Shown in pieces: positions 38,572 to 50,772 of a stretch of DNA of 64,000 nt. The notes under the pieces were generated by a model that was not told the DNA's origin, did no database searches, and worked only from the letters and a program-made list of their open reading frames with translations. Position numbers and translations under genes: made by a program. This DNA comes from Epiperipatus broadwayi (Eukaryota > Animalia > Onychophora): NCBI GenBank assembly GCA_028023455.1, contig JAQFVV010000005.1, positions 7,440,001 through 7,504,000 on the forward strand, given 5' to 3'. Position 1 is the first letter of the stretch. Each line of letters begins with the position of its first letter.

Positions 38572-41500
38572 TTATCAACCATTATCAATCCACTGCAGGA
38601 TGAAGGTCTCTCCAAGTTTAATCCATCTTCTCCGATCTTCAGCTTCTCTTCTCCACATCACCCCTGCACACTTTCTTATTTCATCCATCCATCTCACATG
38701 TGGTCTCTTTCTGGGTCTTTTACAATCTCTTGGAATCCAGTTTAAAATTTCAATTGTCCATCTAGTATCATCTCTTCTAGCAATATGACCAGCCCAACTC
38801 CACTTCAATCTTTTAATTTTTTCAATGAGGTCAGTAACACCTGTTTGTTCTCTTACCCATACATTGCGTTTTCGATCTCTTCATGTTACTCCCAACATAC
38901 ATCTCTCCATACTTCTTTGAGTGGTCTGAAGTCTCTGTATTGCTCTTCTATTAAGTGTCCAAGTCTCAGATCCATAAGTAAGAACTGGTAAAACACATTT
39001 GTTAAAAACCTTCCTTTTCAAACACATAGGCATATTTCCTTTTAGTATCAAGTTATTTCTACCAAAAGCACTCCAACCAAGTTTAATTCTATGATTAATT
39101 TCTTCCATTATGTTTCCATCTGTATTAATAATCTGACCAAGGTATTTGTAACTGTTAACTTCTTCTAATTCATCATAATCAATCTTTATTTTCATATTTT
39201 GAGCAAATCGATTAAACATTACTTTAGTCTTTTGAACATTTATCTTTAGTCCTACTTTCCTCTTTCATCTGATAATTCCTGCAACATATCCTGCAGCTCT
39301 GAAGCATTATTTGCAAAAACAACTACATCATCTGCGAAATCTAAATGACTTAAATAATCTCCATTTACTTTCACTCCTTTAGTTTCCCATTTTAATCCAC
39401 AAAATACTTCTTGCAGCACTGCTGTAAAAAGTTTTGGAGATATGGAGTCACCTTGTCTTACACCTTTCTCAATGTTGACTTTCCCAGTATCATTATGTAA
39501 TCTAATTGTTGCTGTTGCATTTTTATAAATATTCTTCAAAATATGACAATATCCTGGATCTATACCTTGATGATCCAATGCTTTAATCACTGAAGAAATG
39601 TTTATAGAATCAAATGCCTTTTCATAATCTACAAATCCAAAACATAATGACAACTCATATTCATTTGTCCTTTCTATAACTTCTCTCAACACCTGGATAT
39701 GATCTACTGTACTAAAACCACTTTTAAATCCAGCTTGTTCTCTTGGTTGGTGGAAATCCAATGTTCTCTGTAGACGAGTTGTAATTATCTTGGTAAAAAT
39801 TTTATATAAAACTGATAAAAGGCTGATAGGTCTGTAATTTCTAATATCTTCTTTATCACCTTTTTTAAATATTAATATTATTACTGCATTCTTCCAATCA
39901 TCCGGTACATCTTTATCATTTAGACATTTGGTATATAACTTTGCTAAAAAAATTTCTATTTCTTCACCTGCTTCTTTTAATATATCAATTATAATTCCAT
40001 CATTACCTGGAGCCTTTCCTTTCTTCATACATTTAATTGCATGTCTCACTTCTTCATTTAAAATTCTGGGCAATTCAGAAGATGTAATAGATATAGGAGG
40101 TACTTGTTCTTTATTACTATATAATTCTTGATAAAAATCTTCTACCAATTTCATGATGTCATCTCTCTTTTTAGTAATAATTCCATCTTTTTTTCTTATT
40201 GCAGATATAAATTTCCTACCAATACCAAAATGTTGTTTTACATTCTTGAGACTTTTATTTTCTTCTACAGCTTTCCTTGCTAGTTCACAATTATACTTTC
40301 TTATATCATTTTCAACTCTTTTCCGCACCATTTTACAAAATTCGAGATATTCAATTCTTTTTAATGCATCATTTTTGTATATCTTCATATTCCTTCTTTT
40401 CTTCATAAATTCTCTAGTCTCAGTAGAAATTTTATTGGTCAATTGCTGCTTTTTTCTACCAGCTATCTTTGTTGCAGTTTTTAAAAGTGTATCAGTTATT
40501 TTCATATTAATTTCATTCAAATCTGAATCATGCTCAAAATCTACTAATACTTGAAACCGATTTCTAAGTTCTAATTTAAATTCATTAGAATGTTTCTGAA
40601 GATTAGGAATATCAACTGTAAATATTGTTTTTCTTAATAATTTTTGTCTCTCTAGTTTCACATTAACACGTATCTTACACCTTACTAATCGATGATCACT
40701 TCCTGTGTTAAATTTATTAAGAACATTACAATCTTGAAATATGTATTTCCTATTAGTCAAAATATAATCCAATTCTGCTGTACCTTCATTTGGATGCTTC
40801 CATGTCCATTTCCTTTTAACATTTTTCTCAAAAAAAGAATTCATAATATAAAGTTTTTCTTTTTCTGCAAACTCCACAAGTCTATGTCCTCTCTCATTTC
40901 TATTACCATAACCAAAATTACCTACAGCACTTTCATCTTTCATTTGTTTACCAATTCTAGCATTAAAGTCTCCCATAACGATTTTAAAATGTTGTTTACT
41001 CTGATCAAAAGCCTTTTGTACATCCATATAAAAATCTTCTACTACTTCATCACTATGAGAACTTGTTGGGGCATAAACCTGAATTATCTGCATTTGATAT
41101 CTGCTATTAAGTTGTATAACTAATCTTGCCACTCTGTCTGATACACCATCAATCTCCACAATATTGTTCTTCCACTTTTTATTTATAATGAATCCTACTC
41201 CACTTGTATTTCCAATATTTGTGCCTTTATAATAGAGTATATGTCCACTTTTTAAATCAATTGTCTCTTCACCTTTTTTTCTAACATCACAAAGTCCAAC
41301 AATGTCCCATTTAATATAAGAGAGTTCTTCTTCTAATTCTTGCAATCTTCCTTCACTTGAAAGTGATCTGCAGTTGTAAGTACCTAAATAAAAAGTCGTC
41401 ATCAAATGGCAGCCTGGGTCCACAATCAGGGGATTCTTAGCACCCTCCACCTTTGGCCACCAACCGCTGCCTTGGTTGGTGACTTTACAGCCTCCTGGGA

Positions 41501-41847
41501 ATAAGGGCCATGCTTTATTTTTGTCTGTCATAATTGTATACATGTATTGGAAAAATATTTATCATTTACACAAACATTCATTCTGCCTTATCAGGCACTG
41601 AGAAGAAAGACCATGGTGTTTCTTCCGATCTTAAAAAGCCAATAAACTCACCACGCTGGCTAATGCATGTTGGTGAGCAGCCCATCCATGTTCGTATACT
41701 ATATGAATAATCACATAGTAATAACAGCTGCAACGACAAGAACGTATGGAGTGGACATTAGGAATTTACCCCGCTCGGTTCCTTTAAGGCCTCCAAGAGG
41801 AATCAAAGGGTCTCCTTTCAGTTAATAGCAAACTCCTTTCTGCAGCC
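38568..41847 (-). mobile_element. Near full-length RTE-clade LINE (APE endonuclease + RT), single-ORF type, inactivated by one frameshift and one nonsense codon
   Basis: ORF 39252-41543: GTYNCRSL, VGLCDVR, QVYAPT, MGDFNA, LDYIL, SDHRLV, NYRPISLL, QAGF, DYEKAFDS, GVRQGDSISP, FADD; continues in 38881-39219 and 38575-38808 (KWSWAGHIARR); 3' tail of gataat-like repeats. Confidence 0.95.
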
Positions 41848-43440
41848 TATATATATATATAAACATTACAAGCATAAAGCTAAACTAGTCAATATATAAT
41901 TAAAATTACCCCAAATCCAAAATTCAACTAGACCAGCATAAAAATAATATTAAAACACAACCAAAGGTTTCACTGCTACAAGCAGACTTCTCAGTGTAAA
42001 GAACTACAAAAACTATATAATATATATATGCACATAGAAAATATACTTTCCCATGTAAAAACGTTTAATATACTTATATGCCATTTTTGGAATAGTGTAA
42101 TGATCTTTAGAGATGATAATCAATTAAAAAACACGAATAACTAATATTGACTAAGAGGATCTCCTGCTATATAATAGGATAAGATGTCAAATTATCAGAG
42201 ACTAGGAATTATTTTTGATATATCGGTTTTATAATTTCTTTTTGCTCTTTCATTCAGTTTTAACTTATGCCATAAATCTTTAGATTTACAATAGATGATA
42301 TAGAAGAGTAAGATACTGTTTTAATTATCAGATGTGTAGTTGATGGTAACAGTCAAAAAGGGGATATGCCTATACTTGGAATAGAACTCAGACTACTGGA
42401 GTGTAGTTGCAAAGCTATATAATTATATAGGCAGATTGGAATGGCTTCAAAACCGTAGATTTTGTTTTTTGAATTTCAAATTAAAAATATATTAATAAAT
42501 AAGAGTTAAAGGTAAGTTGCCAGTTACATATCAGTATTGATTTCAGATTTGAATCTCAAGTCCTCATTGATAAACGGCAAAAGGGTGAAATCTGTATAAT
42601 GATTTAATTGCACTGCCAATTGGTAACCACTGATAACTCAGGTTAACAGTAGATGGCAATGGAATCTAGGGATGCTCTTCCATATACATATATAACTTTA
42701 TATCTTTAAAAATATTTTAGGAAAGATGTACATTCATATTGTATATACACAGTTTATTGGCTATGATTCCAATTGTACATTAAACATTTTTCCTATGGTA
42801 ATTTTACGCATGTTGATCGTAATTCTGATATTAAATTTAATAAACAAGAATTCCTTGTATGTAGCGCCCTCTAATGTTAGAATGAAAGTTATCTTGAAAA
42901 TTTAGTGTTAGTTCATATTAATGCTTGTGCCCTTATTACTTGCTTAAAAGAAAAAAAAAAGACAGCAGTTTTCCAGATATAGGATAAGATTCTTTGAATT
43001 CTACGTAATCATATCTGCATTAATGTTTAAAATAAATTATATTAATAGTAATTTTTACATTACTGTGATTTATAAACTATGATTTTTGCAGTAACTTTAA
43101 TTATTTTCAAATTATTTGTTTTAATAATATTTTTAAGTAAGATCACTATATTACTTCCAATAATAGTTTTGTATTAATATTTTCCATTTTATTATAACAC
43201 TTTGTTTTGCTTTTACTTATTTTAAATACTTCCCACACTTCATAATAAACTATCCTTCATTCTCCATCTCTTTTAAAGTATTAATATGGATCTTTCGATT
43301 ACAATACCGTAGTAAATGAAAGAGATATTAACTTTATACTTTCGCACTTAGCAATTGGATAAGCCATTTTTTCTCCTCATATTCTCCCATTTACAGAAAC
43401 AAAGTGCTCTGTAAATTCTATCTTCAATCCTGCATAATAT

Positions 43441-43689
43441 TAACAGTAGCAAACTTCATACAGTAGTGCAAGACTTAGTAATCAATGGATACAGGAAGGT
43501 TTGTGCATAAAATCCCCATTTAGTGCATATTCATCCAATATCCCCAGACTAGTTTCTAGCTTGTAACTTTCTGCATTCATCAATTACTAAGGTTTGCACT
43601 AGATGCACTGTCTGGAGAGTTTGCTACTGCTAATAAGTTTGTGTAAGCATAGGAAATAGTGATCATGTGATGTTTTGGTGGTTTTATTT
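43441..43689. mobile_element. Family A locus 4 (inverted pair; HHR truncated at the inversion point)
   Basis: Minus arm 43441-~43570, plus arm ending gatcatgtgatgtt; TSD ctgcata(a/g)tat at 43430-43440 and 43690-43700. Confidence 0.75.
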
Positions 43690-44625
43690 CTGCATAGTAT
43701 CTAAATTTAGATACAGTAAATGTTCAATATCCAATATTTCTGCTGACAGAATCAAAATTTTTAGTCATCATAGATACCCATTTCAAATCTTCAAAATATT
43801 GTATTTGGATTAGCATATAAATATAATTATACTTTATCATTCTCCTCTTAGTATTTAGATAATCAATGAGTCTTTATCCATCAATTAAGTAAATAAATTT
43901 AATATTAGAAACAAATTCTTATAATAATTATGGAAAACTTCAACATGTTCTATACAAACTTTACTTAAAAATACCTTCATTTAATTAACAAGAAAATTAT
44001 GGGTGATGAAGGTTTTTTTTCTACTAACTACTGCATTTCCTTCTACACCAAAAAAAACCACTTCTCTAATCGACCTTCTCTTCTATTGTCCAGATCTACA
44101 TTTTATAATAAATCAATCCTACATTGTTATGTATCTGCTCATTTAGCATTTTCTGTAAAGATCATGTTAGACATGCAAGGTCAACCAATTTTTCCCCTAA
44201 ATAATATGTCCCATCTCCTATTAAAAACAAGCACACCTAAGGCAATAGTCTCAGAAATATATAATTATTTTAATGTTGACTGTTCAGAAACGTTTTAAAC
44301 TTATAAATATATTAGGACTGATTTAGGCCTTGTCTTAAACATAGCCCTATTTATTATTAAACTTAGATCAAAGAAAATCATAAGTATCGTCATTTTTATT
44401 TAAGAATTGTATTTATTATAGATTAAAACAAAAATTAGATTTAGAAAATGTTTGTTTATTTATTGGTTGTCTATTGATCATTTTGTGAATTTGTAAAGTG
44501 CATTAAAAAAAAGAGCTAATTAAAACCTTTTTAGAGGTAGATATAATGCCAAAAACATTGACCTTAACTTTAAATATTTAATTTTTATATACAAGTTGGG
44601 TTCATTCATATTTCATTAATATATA

Positions 44626-44923
44626 TATATATATTGCTTATAATAACTTTCATATACACTTCAATGCAAACAATTTTTTTTAAAAAACTTCTTTTTCCTT
44701 ACTGTTTCGACTGTCCAGCAGTCTTTATCAGCACTTTTTCAAACCTCCTCTGCTTTAGGTTGAAAAAGCTCTGATGAAGACTGCTGGACAGTCAAAACTG
44801 TAAGAAAAATAAAGAAATTTTTTAAGAAAATTTGTTTGCATTGAAGTGTATACGAAAGAAGTCATTATAGGCAATATTTACATGAAGATATGCGAAGAAA
44901 GTAAAAGGGAAGAATAAGAGTAT
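44626..44923. mobile_element. Family C: palindromic insertion with two oppositely oriented degenerate HHR motifs and a one-sided tail
   Basis: Arms ~44631-44745 and ~44755-44877; HHR cores at 44700-44731 (-) and 44771-44802 (+); candidate 18-bp TSD ata(t/c)ttca(t/a)taatatata at ~44608 and ~44924. Confidence 0.75.
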
Positions 44924-46649
44924 ATACTTCAATAATATATACTAGAGAAAAACCATACAAATATAGCTAGTGTGTTTACAGAGTAGCTGTAATCTTCTGT
45001 AAATACTTTTTACCATATTCAACAGTAAAAACAGTTGAAATTCAATCTTTCTAGTATTAATGGAATGTCATCAACAGATTTAGGGCAAATCTTAGTCATT
45101 GTACATATCTGCTTCACAAATGGAATTTGGCCAATGACTGACTTCTGTAAATGTAATGAAACACCACAAGCCATATAATTTATAACAGTCAAATATATAT
45201 AGTAATAGTAGCAGAATTAAAAAAGACTTAATAAAGCTACTAGATAACCTTTCTTTTTGTTGAAATTTCTTAAGATTTCTTTATGGTACTTTTTTAATAG
45301 TTAAGCTATTTTAAAAAAATTCCATATGTAAAATAAACTAAGAAACATTAAAATGTATTTTAAACAGTCTTTCATAATTTGCCCTGAAATGAGACAAATA
45401 CAGTTATATATCTATCTCATTTAATTCATGAAAAATAGTTTAATTTCATTAAAAAAATTATTATGAAATTGACTTGAAAAATATTGTTGAATATTTTTTT
45501 TATTCGTAAAAATTGATATCATTCCTATTTATCAAACAATAATTCTTAATGTTCAATATTTATAAACTATTGCTTTATGTGAAAGATATACTTTTTTTGC
45601 TTTTTATTAAAATATGTTTTTCTTCTCAAATACTAGTTCGATTTTATTTCTGGTAGATAACCTCATTGTTTTTAGTTATTGTCAAAAAGAATGTCATCAA
45701 GTTTAATCTGATTTCTCTGATCCATTGCTTTGCCATATAACTCCAGTAAATTTATTTCATATGTAGATCTTATAACCTTTTAGGATCCAGTTTAAAATTT
45801 TAGATATCCAATTCCATATTTTTTCCCTGCATCTTCTGTCATCTCCACAAATCCGATTCATTCATAAAGACTAACCATAAATCAAAAGAATTATCATATG
45901 ATTCAACTTTATGGTGAGGGAAGTGTTACATTCCTTTGAATAATCAACCCATTGTTATTTTAACTATATCTTCCATTTTTACAATCTGTTTTATTTAGTT
46001 GCAAGACACACACATGTTGAATAATATTTACATTGGAACATGCTTTATTTTTTTTCTTTGGGCTTATATTATATAAATATATGAGGTACAATTAAATCTT
46101 TAATTTTGTACATTTTATTGAACCGTATAATTAAAAATATCTGAAATAAATAAATGACTCTTAAGATGCATTTGAAATAGCATTTTTCAGTTAGACCAGG
46201 ACACAATCTATTTTACATGTCTTTATACATTTGCTAAGAATTTGACAATACCAAATTATTATACTTTGGTTTATGATGTGTATTAACTGAAAAGTGCAGG
46301 TTCAGCATAAAATGCATTTTTATGTCAATTATGTTTTACATAAATCTTTATTCATATGTTTTAGGAATGTGTAGCAGAATGGAAATATTAAGCATATTTG
46401 TTTTTTTAAAAAAAAGGAAATGAAGATATTCCATATGCTTATGTTTAATTTAAGAACAATGACAGATATATTTAATCTTTTATTTTGAAATTTAAATTTC
46501 ATATCTTTGCTAGGGATTAATCTTTAGCTTAATAAATTATTAGCAATAATTATTACTATTTTTATCTGAAATCATGGTGTTAAAATTATGAATGGAGAAA
46601 GTTTGAGTGTGTGATTGCAAATTATGGATAATATCTAAATAAATAATAC

Positions 46650-47308
46650 AACAGCAACTCTCTGCATACTGTAGTGCCATTCATTACAAATCATTGTCAT
46701 CAATGAATGATAGAAGGTTGGTGAATCGAAATCTCTATTGCATATTCATCCAATATCCCCAGACTAGTTTCTAGCTAGGAGTTTTCATCAAAGAGTAGCC
46801 TTGGATATGAGAGCACTGCACCTACATCTTCGAATCTAAAGCAAGCCTCTAGAAACTACCTTTTACATTTTTAGTTACCTAAAAAACTGTAAGTCCAAAA
46901 TAGAAAACACAATAATGTTCTCAATAAAAGCTCATTTTCTTATATTATCACACAAATCTGAACTCAGTCCAGTATCTATACATTTTGGTATCTGATTTTT
47001 TTTTAATAATTATAATTGTGTTTACATTTTGAATTCACAACCAAATAATTAACTAAAAAAGTAAAAGATGGCTACTGGAGAGTTGCATTAAATCCAAAGA
47101 TCTAGATACATTGCTTTGATTCAAGACTCCTCATTGATGAAAGTCACAACCTAGAAATTAGGTTGGTAATATTGGATGAGTAGGCATTGGATAGGGATTT
47201 TGATGCACAAATCTTCTAGCATTCATTGATTACTATGGTTTGAATTGGGTGGCAATACTATATGGTGCAAGTCCCTACTGTTTTAACCTTATGTGATGAT
47301 TTAGTGGT
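46650..47308. mobile_element. Family A locus 5 (older, diverged inverted pair; both HHR cores mutated)
   Basis: Minus arm ~46650-46995, plus arm ~47060-47308; retains ccaatatccccagactagtttc; diverged TSD taaataaataatac / taaataaaaaattac. Confidence 0.7.
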
Positions 47309-48197
47309 TAAATAAAAAATTACCAATAATAAAAGAATAATTATTAGAAATAACATTTTTTTAATCATTAGAATTTTTAAAAAATTTAAAAGTTATTATT
47401 TCTTATAATATTTTAAGCATGGAATGTTTTTCTGCATATTCATTGTGCCATATGTATATATTAGTTGCTCACACATAAGTTTCTTTTTGTTAATAAATCT
47501 TATATGATTTGTTTCGAACGTTTTAAATTAAATATATTAATTGTTTTTAAAAATCTTCAGATAAACTATTTTTTTAATCTCCTGAGTGTTTATGTTTAAT
47601 ATATATATATGTTGAAACGAAGATTTTTACAGATTGCATAAATAAAAAACATTTTGCGGGTTCATCCATGTTAAAAAATTTTAAATATTGATATTCCGAC
47701 GTTTTGATTTGGTCACACAAGTCATCCACTGGGTGATTAAAGGTAGAAAGACGGCTGTAGAGGCGCTACAATCACTGATTTGAATAAACGTTAAAGTTCC
47801 ACCAATAGCAAAAATATTAAATTTAAGAATGTTTTTTAAAAAAATCTTTCCAAATAGGAGGAAGTTTGCATGTATCATCTATATATATATACTGAAATGA
47901 TATAATCATTTCACATAATTGTTATTCATTATTTAATATCTAAAAGAAAATAGGGGGGAGGAATGAGTATGGGATAAGCATTTAATATTTGGAGAAACGG
48001 TAGACAAAATAAGGGGAAAATACAATCATTTAATCATAATAATAAAAAGTATATTTTGAGAAATAATCCATTTATAACATGGATAGGCTTGTGTTATGGA
48101 TAGGCATGTGCTTGTATAAGATTTATTATTATTTATACATTAATAATAAATATATATTTCAAATAATTTTTAAAAAGTATAAGGTAATTTTTAATAT

Positions 48198-48484
48198 ATC
48201 ATACCATTTACACCTTCTTTGACACTTTATCAATACTTTTATTTTTATTATTTGTTTTACACTAACAGTTTCGACTGTCCTGCAGTCATCATCTGAGCTA
48301 CAATATTCAAATATATAATTATACAATTATTACACTTATCCACATATATATATATACATAATTAATACACAATATAAACAAAAAGAATTATACATTTTAA
48401 TATGATCTTTATTGATAAAGTGTCAAAGAAGGTGTAAATGGTATGATATGTTATAATAGAAATCAATACATAGGAAAAGAAGTA
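48198..48484. mobile_element. Family D: inverted-repeat insertion with one degenerate HHR and a one-sided tail
   Basis: Perfect 14-bp TSD gtaatttttaatat (48184-48197; 48485-48498); arms ~48198-48240 and ~48408-48449; HHR-like core 48262-48295 (-). Confidence 0.8.
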
Positions 48485-49870
48485 GTAATTTTTAATATTG
48501 TGTAAAGTAATTTTGAATATAATTATTAAAAGATAATAATAATAATGTTTAAATAATGATTTAAATTTAGTAAGTACTTGATAAAAGATGTTAATTGACA
48601 TATATATTATTAAAAAAAATAATTTGAAAAGAAAAACCTGAAATGGCTATACTGATTATAATCGAAATCTTTCAAATCAGTTTTACTGTGATGGCAGGTT
48701 AAAATGGATAAGATCCCTATCTTGATATGTGAACCAACTTTATAGGAAGGAATCCAAAATGAAATTAGAACAATGTCATGAATTCTCATCCTTTATAGCA
48801 ACCTGACAAGAATTATGGTATGTACAAAAGTGATCACTAGTACTGTGTTATAATTTAAATAATTCAATAAACAAATAAAGGATTTACAGTCAACATCTGG
48901 ATACAAATTCTAAAACAATTCAAAAATATTTATGTTTATACTGTAATTATAAACTTATCTAAATTAGAATTAAATGTTATAACAAAGACATTCTTATTTG
49001 TATGCAAGATATCAATAAATTCTGTGTATATGCTGTTTGAAATTTAAGTTGAAAATTTTGATAAAAAATATCATGGATATATTATGTATTGTCATTTTAT
49101 TTACTAAAGTATTTTATAAGTAGATTATATGATTTAAATATTTAAGATTAAGATTCAATTTTAATTTTCTTTTGATAATAAAATGCTTCACGTAGATTTA
49201 TTTATTGTTGATAGTTAAAAAATAAATTCTTTACCATTTAAATAAATGAATTGTCGCAATTAAAAAATATATATACAAACACTTTTACTTAGAATGTTAT
49301 AAATTTAAATTTATATACTCAATATTAGTATTATGCATGAAGATGTTAAATTATTCTAATGTTTGAAATAAAGCTACCATGTGTATATTATTCTGTCTTG
49401 ATTATAAAATGCAAATGTAGAATTCCTGCTTACCTTTGTTGGTAATTACATGTACATAAGCTCACAAATGTGCAATTCTGCTTTTACATTGAAGATAATT
49501 CTATTCATGCTCTTTGCTTATTTATGTTATTGCACACATTGAAATTTTAGAATATGATGATTAGTTTGCTACTTATTAGTGTGTATTGGTATAATGATAT
49601 TTCATGGATATAGATATTTATACATGCATTCAGTTTCAGACAGAAATGTTGTTCTTATGAACTACTGATGTTAAAACTTCTAATTACATTTGGCTGATTA
49701 TATTTTAGATATTATGACTTTTAACTGAGTATATGATATAATAACAAATTATAATATTATTATTGATAATAAAGTTGCTTTATTGCAGATAATGTATATA
49801 ACAAAATGCACTGGTCATTGGTTTAAATCTTGTCTAGAGATCTTCAATTTAAATGATATCATATGCATTT

Positions 49871-49992
49871 ATGTGAGATGGATGGATGAAATAAGAAAGT
49901 GTGGAGGAGAGAAGCTAAAGATTGGGGAAGATGGTTTGAACTTGGAGAGACCTTCATCCTGCAGTGAATTGATAATGGTTGATAATGATGAT
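49871..49992 (+). mobile_element. Very short 3' fragment of the same RTE family
   Basis: Reverse complement of 38570-38700 (VRWMDEIRKC..., ggagagaccttcatcctgcagtg, gataatggttgataatgat tail) with a small internal deletion. Confidence 0.9.
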
Positions 49993-50309
49993 ATGTTGAA
50001 ATATAATAAATTATATTATCAGTATAGAAACAAGATTATACATAATAATAAAAATAATATAAGGTTAAACATGAAGTCATTATGTAAATACTAATAGAAG
50101 TCTTATGCAATTTTATATTGCTAAGACTACTAATATAAGGTATGGCTGAAGATCTATCAGCTCCATATAGCTATTTGAGTTGGATATCTGGGTTTGAAGA
50201 CATGTAGATGTCTGAAAATTTCAGATTTTCCACTCAATAGATAACTTTTAGATAAGTGCTTGGCTTTGGGTTGGTATTTTTAGATCTAGTGTCTGAACCT
50301 ACCCTGACA

Positions 50310-50350
50310 CCTCTCTGAGGAGTGCCAAAGCACAAAACCATGGTCAGGGG
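50310..50350 (+). ncRNA. Minimal type-I hammerhead, unit 1 (G12 mutated)
   Basis: ccucu-CUGAGGA(50315)-GUGC-caaa-GCAC-AAAA-C-CAUG-GUC(50345)-agggg. Confidence 0.7.
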
Positions 50351-50731
50351 TTTGGGGAGGGGTTCCTGACAGAGATATTTTAAGTGCTGGCTCTGGCTAA
50401 GCATTTATCACAAAGCTTGTAGAGGAATTGGCAATCCTCATTGTTTATAACTTACAAGCTTAAGAGATAGGGTCATGTGATCTATGACTCTTATTTTGAC
50501 TATTTATAGTCTCTGCCATAAGTCTTATGCAATTTTATATTGCTAAGACTACTAATATATGGTATGGCTGAAGATCTATCAGCCCCATATAGCTATTTGA
50601 GTTGGATAGCTGGGTTTGAAGACATGTAGATGTCTGAAAATTTCAGATTTTCCACTCAATAGATAACTTTTAGATAAGTGCTTGGCTTTGGGTTGGTATT
50701 TTTAGATCTAGGGTCTGAACCTACCCTGACA

Positions 50732-50772
50732 CCTCTCTGAGGAGTGCCAAAGCATGAAACCATGGTCAGGGA
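50732..50772 (+). ncRNA. Minimal type-I hammerhead, unit 2 (core intact, G-U closing stem II)
   Basis: ccucu-CUGAGGA(50737)-GUGC-caaa-GCAU-GAAA-C-CAUG-GUC(50767)-aggga; palindromic ACCAUGGU in stem III. Confidence 0.85.

Noticed and set aside
38518-41123. Plus-strand ORFs (38518, 38600, 38785, 39928, 40153, 40692)
   Set aside because: Antisense shadows of the RTE ORF; no domain-like motifs.
41700-41850. Canonical HDV-like ribozyme at the extreme RTE 5' end
   Set aside because: I could not assemble P1/P2/P3/P1.1 by eye; needs a descriptor search.
42380-42570. B-box-like strings suggesting tRNA-derived SINEs
   Set aside because: Too degenerate; no A box, tail or TSD identified; no tRNA cloverleaf.
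49430-49480. Minus-strand donor caaag|gtaagc as the next exon
   Set aside because: No good acceptor and the phase-compatible frame hits a stop before the donor.
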